Part shown: positions 29,785-37,642 of the stretch, piece after piece | Numbering within the stretch: position 1 is the first letter of the stretch | Layout: every line of letters starts with the position of its first letter | NCBI GenBank assembly: GCA_034178705.1 | Contig: JAXFQY010000004.1 | Span: forward strand, 5,987-69,986 | Direction: 5' to 3' | Origin: Eubacteriales bacterium | Lineage (GTDB): Bacteria; Bacillota; Clostridia; Oscillospirales; CAG-272 | Length of the DNA: 64,000 nt | The notes under the pieces: generated by a model | What the model saw: the letters and a program-made list of their open reading frames with translations, nothing else | Told to the model about the DNA's origin: nothing | Databases searched by the model: none | Program-made: the position numbers and the translations under genes

Positions 29785-31265
29785 TGTTCCGGTTTGAACA
29801 GTGCGTCGTTCAGCTTTTGAATCGAACGTTCTGCACTCCGCTGATAGGAACGCCATGCTGAAGAGAAACTTGTGGAATACGCCTTTGAAAGATTTTCAAC
29901 CATATCCTTCATTCCACCGATGTTGAAAATATAACCGATGTCGAAAATACGGTTCTCCATCTCAATGGTGATCATATTATGACTTTCCTCATCCTGTATA
30001 TAGGTTCCGACAAGGGTCTTTGTGTAATAGGCGGGGGTCACCATCTGCCGGGAAATATAGGCAAGGTATTCCATGATGGCGGAAGTACGTTCGTCATTTT
30101 CGGTAGAATTCGGTACACAGACAAACGCGGCGTCCCATCCGCCGAACGGGGTATAGTAGCGGCTCTGTGCTTCGTCCAGTTTCGGAAGCGGCAAAATGCC
30201 GTAATCCAACTGTGTATCCCGGTAATACGGGAACATTACATGCTCTCCGAGTCGGAAAAGGCAATGCCCTTCAGCAAACATTCCTGTGGCGGAAAGTCCG
30301 CCCGTAGCAGTCTGTCCGTTATAGACATGCTCCCGGTCCTGGGTCAGCTCAATAAAGCCGACAATGGCATTTTCCGCTCTCTCCGTTCCGAGCGTAAGCT
30401 CTACCTTTCCGTCCTCTCCGATCTGCGCAAAACGCTCGCCGGACATATTCAGCGCCGCGACAACCGTACTGTGGATATAAACCATACCGTAAAGATCGTT
30501 GGAATCCATCTTATCGTCAGCGTTAAGATCTCTTGAAACCGCGGTAATATAGGATTTCATTTTGTCGAAGGTCCAGGTCCCGTTTTCCACATCCTGATAG
30601 GGCATATCCCATCCCTTTTCACGGAACATGGTTTTGTTGAAAACCATGTTGTACATGGCAACCGTCGTTACAAGGCTGATGTCTCCGGTCGTGAAATACA
30701 AGCGGTCATTCACGGTTATATCCCTGTTTATATTCTGATCCCACCATTCCCGATCCAGGTCGAGATACCCGTAAGTTCTCAGATCACGCAGATCACCGGA
30801 GGTAGTCAGCGTGCCGCAATCGTATGTGGAAATGATCCCCATATCATAGTTGGAATCCCCGGAGGTGTTTGCTTGGCGGATCAGGGAAACTCCGCTGTTG
30901 GTTGATTTATAATCCTCAATTCCGGTAATCACGATGTCAAGCCGTGCCATGGCAGCCATATTACGCCGGTAAAGTGCTTCATCAAGAACAGTCCCGCCCG
31001 CTGGCTCCGAGAAGTCCCGGATAATCGTGGGATCACTGTTCAGATTCGTCATCAGAACGACAAACTCATGCCCGTTGTAGGTCTCATCCGGAAGTCCCGG
31101 ATAGGCAAGCGGGTCTGCGGTAGTTTCGGAAACAGGATTCTCGCCCTGGGAAGAGGTGGTCGCTTCCGTGGTCACCGAGGGCTTTTCCGCGGCGCACGCA
31201 ACAAAAGCAGAACAGAGTAGGAAAAGCGCCAAAAGCAGGGAAAGGTGTCTTTTTGCGTTCTTCAT
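29781..31265 (-). CDS. Orphan family-1 solute-binding-protein-like lipoprotein
   Basis: MKNAKRHLSLLLALFLLCSAFVACAAE lipobox. About 490 aa, SBP-like (WWDQN.., GTWTFDKM..). No permease or ATPase genes adjacent. Confidence 0.8.
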   Translation of the reverse strand: MKNAKRHLSLLLALFLLCSAFVACAAEKPSVTTEATTSSQGENPVSETTADPLAYPGLPDETYNGHEFVVLMTNLNSDPTIIRDFSEPAGGTVLDEALYRRNMAAMARLDIVITGIEDYKSTNSGVSLIRQANTSGDSNYDMGIISTYDCGTLTTSGDLRDLRTYGYLDLDREWWDQNINRDITVNDRLYFTTGDISLVTTVAMYNMVFNKTMFREKGWDMPYQDVENGTWTFDKMKSYITAVSRDLNADDKMDSNDLYGMVYIHSTVVAALNMSGERFAQIGEDGKVELTLGTERAENAIVGFIELTQDREHVYNGQTATGGLSATGMFAEGHCLFRLGEHVMFPYYRDTQLDYGILPLPKLDEAQSRYYTPFGGWDAAFVCVPNSTENDERTSAIMEYLAYISRQMVTPAYYTKTLVGTYIQDEESHNMITIEMENRIFDIGYIFNIGGMKDMVENLSKAYSTSFSSAWRSYQRSAERSIQKLNDALFKPEQ

Positions 31266-31291
31266 AAGATCCTCCTAATATATTTTATTTT

Positions 31292-33241
31292 TTAAATCTT
31301 TCGAATATCAAATCTCATCTCATCCGGTGCAAGGCAATAGTCACCCAGATCGACGGAAGTATCAAGGGGATTGTAGGTAACCGTAAGGAGACGCTTGCCG
31401 TCTGCGGAAAGATATTCCCCGCGGCGGACAAAACCCGGAAGCTCCAGATCGGATGTCGCGGTAAAAGTACCGTCCAGGAAAAACTCCCTGTACTCTATCA
31501 GCGTGTCTGTATATGCTTTGACAGCGGCAGCATATTTCGGCGCAGCATCAAGATGCGCACGGCAGACATAAAGCTCTGCATCGAGACGGAGACCGTAGAC
31601 AAGCGCACAACGCAGCCGGCGTGCAAAATCGCCCTCCTCGTCCCGAATTCCCCGTTCGGTTGTAATCACCTCCGGGAAGGTATAGCGGAACATCGCCGGG
31701 AAACTGTCTCCGCGAATCGAAAAATCGACATTCACGAGACCGTGCATGAACTGATTGTAGCTTGCGGCAACGTCGGTGACCACCTCGGCGGCCAGTACCT
31801 TTCCGTGCTTTTTGCAGTAGTCCTCCGCCTCGGCAAAGAACTGCCGGCGGTAATACCACTCTCTGTCGACCCGGTTGCCATGCTCATGTTGATCGTTGAA
31901 GCAGGGCTGATACGGGCATCCGCCGATACAGTCGGCAAAGGTACAATCGGCGCCCAGTTCGTCAAGCTGCCTGATCTGTGACAAAACCTGATTCCGCCAT
32001 TTCTCGGTTCCGAAACAGCAAAGGGGAAACTGCACGGCGCCGTAAGTCACACGATACTCTCCGTATCCCGGATAGACGAAGGCGGGGCGAACCTCATTTC
32101 CGTTAATATCGAGGATCGCAAGCTCTGCTCCGTTTTCCCGATAATAATCCGTTTTGGGATCCATGAAGTGACAGTTACATTCCAGAATCACCCGCCCGCC
32201 GAGGGCACGGACACGCTCAATACCCTCCTTCAGCTTCCGGAAGGCACCGGGATACGGTTCCTCATAAACCGGATAGCCGCGGTCCATTCCCTCCTTCCAC
32301 CAGGCAAAAAGGAACAGGGTATGTATCCCGTACTTGGCACCGATCCGATAAAGCTCAGGCAGATCGTCGGCCGTCACATAATCCTCCCCGTATTGAGAAC
32401 GCATAATGATCCGCTGCCAACCGGTCATTTCCCGAACCCAGGGTGCCTTTTCGGGAAGCCGGAAAAAGCTTCGGTCCGCCCATTCGCGGTATTTCTTCGC
32501 CCCGGCACGCCAGTCCCCTTCCAGCATTCCAATCACAACAGGAGGATACTCCACCGTCTCGCCCCGGCGCGCCATCGGGAAATGATCGACGCCTACCATC
32601 AGGTCGCTCGGGTTGCTGTGAATTCTTTGGCGAACGGTCAGAAAACAATGCCGCGCTTCTTCGTCGTAACGGGAAACATACAGAAAACGTCCTGCGCTCT
32701 GCACACCGAACCATCCCATTGACGCACGGGGATAGTGAAGATGCCAGAAGGTTTCGTGCTCATTGTGGAAATAATAGCGCGTCGTCAGACCGGAGAGCAC
32801 CTTCCAGGGATTTTTTGCACAGGTTCCGAGACCGTGCGGAAGATACAGTTTGTCCTTCTCCTTCTCTCCGCCGAGGGAAGTAAAATCGGCAAGAGGACAA
32901 AAGCACTCATTCACACGCAGCGCAGCGTGATTCTCAATGCGCGTTGTAAAGGAAAGCAAATCTCCCTCAGCGCGCACCGTAACTGTGAAACGGACCTGAA
33001 CAGAATCCCCGTAACCGGTTCGAAGCATCGGATAGTCAATGGTAAGAGAATCTCCGTTCTGCATTACCGTACCGCTCTGTTCGTGGGAAAAAACAGGAAT
33101 CTCTGTGCGCATTCCGTCATCCAGAATCAAGCGCCAAAAATCTGCTCCTTCATAGGGAATCACACCGTCAGCAAGAAAACAAGCCCTGCTGCCATCGGAA
33201 GACACCGAAAAATCCAAACCTTTGCTGTGTAGTGTCAGCAT
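31292..33241 (-). CDS. Cytoplasmic glycoside-hydrolase-like protein (putative TIM barrel; family not recognised with certainty)
   Basis: 649-aa ORF with a good RBS (TAGGAG) and no signal peptide. The central segment GIHTLFLFAWWKEGMDRGYP..GGRVILECNCHFMD looks like glycosidase barrel strands (inference). Confidence 0.7.
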   Translation of the reverse strand: MLTLHSKGLDFSVSSDGSRACFLADGVIPYEGADFWRLILDDGMRTEIPVFSHEQSGTVMQNGDSLTIDYPMLRTGYGDSVQVRFTVTVRAEGDLLSFTTRIENHAALRVNECFCPLADFTSLGGEKEKDKLYLPHGLGTCAKNPWKVLSGLTTRYYFHNEHETFWHLHYPRASMGWFGVQSAGRFLYVSRYDEEARHCFLTVRQRIHSNPSDLMVGVDHFPMARRGETVEYPPVVIGMLEGDWRAGAKKYREWADRSFFRLPEKAPWVREMTGWQRIIMRSQYGEDYVTADDLPELYRIGAKYGIHTLFLFAWWKEGMDRGYPVYEEPYPGAFRKLKEGIERVRALGGRVILECNCHFMDPKTDYYRENGAELAILDINGNEVRPAFVYPGYGEYRVTYGAVQFPLCCFGTEKWRNQVLSQIRQLDELGADCTFADCIGGCPYQPCFNDQHEHGNRVDREWYYRRQFFAEAEDYCKKHGKVLAAEVVTDVAASYNQFMHGLVNVDFSIRGDSFPAMFRYTFPEVITTERGIRDEEGDFARRLRCALVYGLRLDAELYVCRAHLDAAPKYAAAVKAYTDTLIEYREFFLDGTFTATSDLELPGFVRRGEYLSADGKRLLTVTYNPLDTSVDLGDYCLAPDEMRFDIRKI

Positions 33242-33505
33242 ACGAATCTCCTAAAACCATTTTCCTGTCTTTCAGTTTCTTTTCTTTTAATTTCATTATA
33301 GCAAAGCGAAATGGGAAATTTCCATACACCTCCACTGCTCTCTTTTTTAAAATATGAAACACTCCCGGCTTTGCGTCAGACAGCTTGCAACACAGATTCT
33401 GCGATTCCCCCCAAATTCATAAAGAGAGGAATCTTGCCTTTTCTGCAGAACTGTGTTACAATAAAAACAGATTTTGCCCAAACAACCGGAGAAAAGGAGA
33501 CTCTC

Positions 33506-35077
33506 ATGAAACTTAGCTATAAGAGAACGGTGCTTGTCGGCTTTGCCTTTTTCCTGATTTGCCTCTTTTGGCAGGCATACGACAATACGATCCCTCTTAT
33601 CCTCACAAACAAGTTCGGCATGTCGCAGACCCTATCCGGAGCAATCATGGCACTTGACAATGTTCTGGCGCTCTTTCTTCTTCCGTTTTTCGGCGCATTG
33701 AGCGATAAGTGCGCTTCCAGATTCGGAAAACGCACGCCCTTTATTGCCGTCGGAACGGTTGCTGCCGCAGTTCTTTTTGTTTGTCTGTCTTTTGTGGACT
33801 CCGCCCAGATGACCCGTCTGGAGGATGTAACCCTGGACCGCTATGAATCCTCTCTTGCGGTTATCTACGATTCCAACCCGACAATTTCTCTTCCCGAGGA
33901 GACTGCAGACGGTATGTCTGTCGGAGAGGCCATTCACCATGTATTTTCTTCGGGGCAAAAAAAACCTCTTCAGGAAATCTATCCGAACCGCAGTGAGTTT
34001 CTTGCTATAAAAATGTACCGCGAGGATGGAACACTGACCGAAGAGTATGAGAACTATGTTAAACCGGCACGCAATGCCTATGCATGGCAGCAAACAGCGG
34101 ATAATCCAAACACCCTTATCTTTTTTATCCTTCTCCTGCTCTGTACGCTCGTTGCGATGGGCACATTCCGTTCCCCCGCTGTTGCCTTGATGCCTGATGT
34201 TACGCCGAAGCCTCTCCGATCGAAGGCCAATGCGATTATCAATCTGATGGGTACCTTCGGTGGAATCACCGTGCTTGTGCTCGGAATGATCTTCAAGACC
34301 GGATCGGCAAAGAACATATATATGAACTACACTCCTTTTTTCATCGTGGTCAGTATACTGATGCTGCTTTCCCTCGCCATATTCCTGATGACGGTCCGGG
34401 AACCGAAATGGAGTGCAGAAGCCGAAGCCCTTTCCGCCCCGGCAGAAACGCAAGAGCTGTCGGACTCCCTTCAATCAGGGCGTCTTTCCGCGGAGGAACG
34501 GCGTTCGCTTTTGTTCATTCTTGCTTCTGTCGCCCTTTGGTATATGGGTTATAATGCGGTAACCAGTAAGTATTCGGTTTATGCGCTCAATGTTTTGGAA
34601 AAGGATTACAATACCACCTTGCTGATTGCACAGGCAGCAGCCATCGTTTCCTATCTGCCCATCGGGTTTCTCTCCACCAAAATCGGCAGAAAGAAAGCGA
34701 TTCTCGGAGGCGTCGCCATTTTGACTGTTTCTTTCGGAGCGGCCGCATTTATGCGGCATGACAGCCCGACTGTACTGATGAATCTTTTGTTTGCACTTGC
34801 CGGCATCGGCTGGGCGACAATCAATGTCAATTCGTATCCGATGGTTGTTGAGCTTGCAAAGGGGGGCAATGTCGGAAAGTATACCGGTTATTACTACACG
34901 GCCAGTATGGCAGCACAGACAATCACGCCGATTCTCAGCGGATTTTTTATGGATATACATATGACATCACTGTTTATCTACGCAGCCTTCTTTGTTCTTC
35001 TTGCGTTCTTTACCATGCTTTGCGTGCGCCATGGCGACACAAAGCCGATTCATCCTGGGATACCGGAGGCAGAGTGA
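33506..35077 (+). CDS. MFS transporter (GPH/SLC45-like) with a large extracytoplasmic insertion
   Basis: ATG 33506 after an AAAGGAG RBS. MFS motif-A-like GALSDKCASRFGKRTP between TM2 and TM3. About 12 TM segments. About 105-aa hydrophilic insert between TM3 and TM4. Confidence 0.85.
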   Translation: MKLSYKRTVLVGFAFFLICLFWQAYDNTIPLILTNKFGMSQTLSGAIMALDNVLALFLLPFFGALSDKCASRFGKRTPFIAVGTVAAAVLFVCLSFVDSAQMTRLEDVTLDRYESSLAVIYDSNPTISLPEETADGMSVGEAIHHVFSSGQKKPLQEIYPNRSEFLAIKMYREDGTLTEEYENYVKPARNAYAWQQTADNPNTLIFFILLLLCTLVAMGTFRSPAVALMPDVTPKPLRSKANAIINLMGTFGGITVLVLGMIFKTGSAKNIYMNYTPFFIVVSILMLLSLAIFLMTVREPKWSAEAEALSAPAETQELSDSLQSGRLSAEERRSLLFILASVALWYMGYNAVTSKYSVYALNVLEKDYNTTLLIAQAAAIVSYLPIGFLSTKIGRKKAILGGVAILTVSFGAAAFMRHDSPTVLMNLLFALAGIGWATINVNSYPMVVELAKGGNVGKYTGYYYTASMAAQTITPILSGFFMDIHMTSLFIYAAFFVLLAFFTMLCVRHGDTKPIHPGIPEAE

Positions 35078-35078
35078 T

Positions 35079-35912
35079 ATGGTATGGCTTTTTTCCCTTG
35101 CAGGGATTCTTCTGCTCTGCTTCTTGCTGTTTTGCTTTCTCATTGCTCCAAGCCGGAGAGGAAACCGGACACGGGATTTCTTTTCCGATAAGCGGTATTA
35201 CGCCCATCGCGGGCTGCACGGAGGGGAAATCCCGGAGAATTCTCTTGCCGCGTTTGAAGCGGCCTGCCGTGCCGGATACGGGATTGAATTGGATGTGCAC
35301 CGTACCGCAGACAATCAGCTTTGCGTTTTTCATGACAGAACGCTGAAGCGGATGTGCGGCGTGGACGGCACAGTAGAGGAAAACACCCTTGCCGAGCTGC
35401 GCACGCTTGCTCTTGCCGGCACACAGGAGCGTATTCCTTCCTTTGACGAGGTTCTGACACTGATTGACGGACGGGCGCCGCTGATTGTGGAAATCAAGGG
35501 AGAAAACAGGGATACGGATGTATGTCGTCTGACAGCGGAGCGTCTGCGCGCCTATTCCGGAAAATACTGCGTTGAGTCCTTCAATCCGTTTTATATTTCC
35601 TGGTGGCGCAAACACATGCCCCATGACGTGCGCGGCATTCTTTCCTGCCGGATGAAGAACGGAAAAAGTTTTCGGGGTCGACTGCAGGATTTCCTGCTTT
35701 CCAACCTGTTGCTCAATGTCATTGCGCGCCCCGATTTTCTTGCTTACAGCATTCCGGACCGCGGGAATTCCGCCTTCCGTCTTTCCCGGCGTTTCGGGGG
35801 CTGCCCGGTTGGCTGGACCTGCCGGACGGAGGAGGAAAAAGCGGCTTCTGAGAATGCGTTCTGCGTTGTAATATTTGAAAAAATCCGTCCGGATCCGGAG
35901 AGTCTGCAATGA
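35079..35912 (+). CDS. Membrane-anchored glycerophosphodiester phosphodiesterase (GDPD)
   Basis: N-terminal TM helix, then YYAHRGLHGGEIPENSLAAFEAACRAGYGIELDVHRTADNQLCVFHD (GDPD catalytic motifs). Starts 1 nt after the MFS stop. Confidence 0.9.
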   Translation: MVWLFSLAGILLLCFLLFCFLIAPSRRGNRTRDFFSDKRYYAHRGLHGGEIPENSLAAFEAACRAGYGIELDVHRTADNQLCVFHDRTLKRMCGVDGTVEENTLAELRTLALAGTQERIPSFDEVLTLIDGRAPLIVEIKGENRDTDVCRLTAERLRAYSGKYCVESFNPFYISWWRKHMPHDVRGILSCRMKNGKSFRGRLQDFLLSNLLLNVIARPDFLAYSIPDRGNSAFRLSRRFGGCPVGWTCRTEEEKAASENAFCVVIFEKIRPDPESLQ

Positions 35913-36715
35913 ATAAACCCAATTTCCTCAAGGAAACGCTTGCGAAGAAAGAACTCTTCATTTTCGATATGGATGGTACAATCTACCTTGGCGACCGCGT
36001 ATTTGATGCAGCCGTCCGGTATATCGACCGACTGCGTAAAAGCGGCAAACACGTGCTGTTTTTTACCAACAATGCAAGTCACACCTCGTTTTTTTACCGT
36101 TCCAAACTTTCCCGCCTCGGTTTTTCCCCACAGGACGGGGAAATCATGACCAGCGGAGACGTGACAAAGGTATATCTGAACAGATTCCGACCGGGAAAGA
36201 CCGTTTTTCTCGTCGGAACCGACGAGCTTACCGAGGATTTCCGGAGCAGCGGCATTCCGCTCGCCGACATTCATGCGCCACGCGCGGATCTTGTTGTGAC
36301 AAGCTTTGATACCTCCCTGACCTACGAAAAGCTTGAGGCCGCCTGCCGCTTTATCCGAGACGGAGCGGAGTATCTTTCTACCCATCCGGATTTCAACTGC
36401 CCGACCGAGCACGGCTTTATCCCGGACAGTGGAGCGATTGCCGCATTTGTAACCGCTTCTACCGGGGTCACTCCGGTTTATTTTGGCAAGCCGTATCCGG
36501 AAACCGTTCAAATGATTTGCGAAGCAACCGGCTGCACTAAGAATGAAATGTGTGTATTCGGCGACCGTCTTTATACCGATATTGCTCTCGGTGTCCGAAA
36601 CGGTGTTACCAGCGTACTGGTTATGACGGGCGAGACAACGAAAGCGCAGCTGGAAGCGGCCGCTCCGGAGGAAAAACCCTCCTTTGTCATTCCGTCTTTC
36701 TCAGCGCTTCTCTGA
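35909..36715 (+). CDS. HAD-IIA family sugar-phosphate phosphatase (NagD-like)
   Basis: FIFDMDGTIYLG (DxDGT), FFTNNAS, GKP, and GDRLYTDI motif IV. 4-nt overlap with the GDPD gene. Confidence 0.9.
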   Translation: MNKPNFLKETLAKKELFIFDMDGTIYLGDRVFDAAVRYIDRLRKSGKHVLFFTNNASHTSFFYRSKLSRLGFSPQDGEIMTSGDVTKVYLNRFRPGKTVFLVGTDELTEDFRSSGIPLADIHAPRADLVVTSFDTSLTYEKLEAACRFIRDGAEYLSTHPDFNCPTEHGFIPDSGAIAAFVTASTGVTPVYFGKPYPETVQMICEATGCTKNEMCVFGDRLYTDIALGVRNGVTSVLVMTGETTKAQLEAAAPEEKPSFVIPSFSALL

Positions 36716-36984
36716 AAAAAACTGACCGCTGAAGATGTTGAATACCAATGCGGAAGATAAAAGAACCGCCGCTGTAAAGGGAGTGTCTGTCAAACAGGCT
36801 TCCCGCTGTAAGGGGAACCGATAGAAACCTTTGACTGACTATCTTGAAAAGCGCACGAGGTTTTTTTGAACGCCTCCGAATGTTTCTTTGCACAGATGGC
36901 GGATTTTTACAAGCGTATTATTGTACTGAAATTTGTTATCGCCCCCACAAGTCCATAAAACAGCAATTATACCCCACCGAAAAC

Positions 36985-37031
36985 AGACCGTTGACACACA
37001 TCCCTATGTGCAAGTCAGCGGTCTTTTTTAT
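36985..37031 (+). terminator. Strong plus-strand intrinsic terminator with no adjacent CDS
   Basis: About 16-bp interrupted stem (AGACCGTTGAC..CACAT / ATGTG..GTCAGCGGTCT) followed by TTTTTTATT. Lies 270 nt beyond the HAD gene stop. Confidence 0.55.
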
Positions 37032-37160
37032 TCTCCTTTTCCCCAAAAAGAGGTCTCGAAAAAAGGAAAAACCGGAAATCACTTGCACAGTTTCGAGCAA
37101 AAAAGAAGGAGCCGAAACACAGCTTGCACAGGCAAAGCACAAGGGGGTGCCCTCTAAGGT

Positions 37161-37194
37161 CAAAAAAGCATCCGTACCCAAAGGATACGGATGC
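37161..37194 (-). terminator. Minus-strand intrinsic terminator with no adjacent CDS
   Basis: GCATCCGTA / TACGGATGC 9-bp stem. On the minus strand it is followed by TTTTTT. Lies about 450 nt beyond the nifJ stop. Confidence 0.55.
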
Positions 37195-37564
37195 AAAACG
37201 GTTTTACAAGAGCTGTCCGAACGACCGGGGGATTCTTTTAGCCCCCATTGAATTTTTCCTTGCTTCGTTAGAAAATGCGGACTGTTGTTGCCCCTCTTGT
37301 CGTGAAAACAGATACGCGCCTGCACACCTTCCGGCAGGCAAAACCCGAATCCAAAAGAGCAACCAGCGCCGATGGTGATCGGATCGTTCGTATCCGATTC
37401 GGAATAGAACTTCTTTCAAAACCATTCACACAAAAAGACGACGTAAGCCACCTGATCGCGGAATCGTTCTATCCTGCTTGGCGGAAAGCCGATCGGCAGA
37501 TTTGTAAACCAGAATCCGCACGCTGTTCGCTCATTGGCTTTTGGGGGTCGCACACGATGTATCG

Positions 37565-37598
37565 AGACGCCCCGGCGTTTTTTCCCGCCGGGGCGTCT
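37565..37598 (-). terminator. GC-rich hairpin immediately downstream of nifJ
   Basis: Perfect 13-bp stem AGACGCCCCGGCG / CGCCGGGGCGTCT, 45 nt after the nifJ stop. No canonical U-tract on the minus strand, so it could equally be an RNA-stabilising or processing hairpin. Confidence 0.4.
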
Positions 37599-37642
37599 GA
37601 GAAAAATTCAGTTTTTTTCCGGGCTTTCCTTGAAAGCGAAAA

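Noticed and set aside
25932-33241. tRNA-adjacent genomic island or prophage
   Set aside because: The surface operon follows tRNA-His, but I see no integrase, recombinase or phage genes and could not spot a direct repeat of the tRNA 3' end. It is kept only as a check suggested under the operon finding.
37204-37425. 73-aa minus-strand ORF ending just before the orphan terminator
   Set aside because: It is tempting because a terminator follows directly. However, no Shine-Dalgarno sequence precedes the ATG (TTTTTGTGTGA-ATG), and the sequence (HHRRWLLFWIRV...) looks non-protein-like. It is treated as part of the non-coding region finding.
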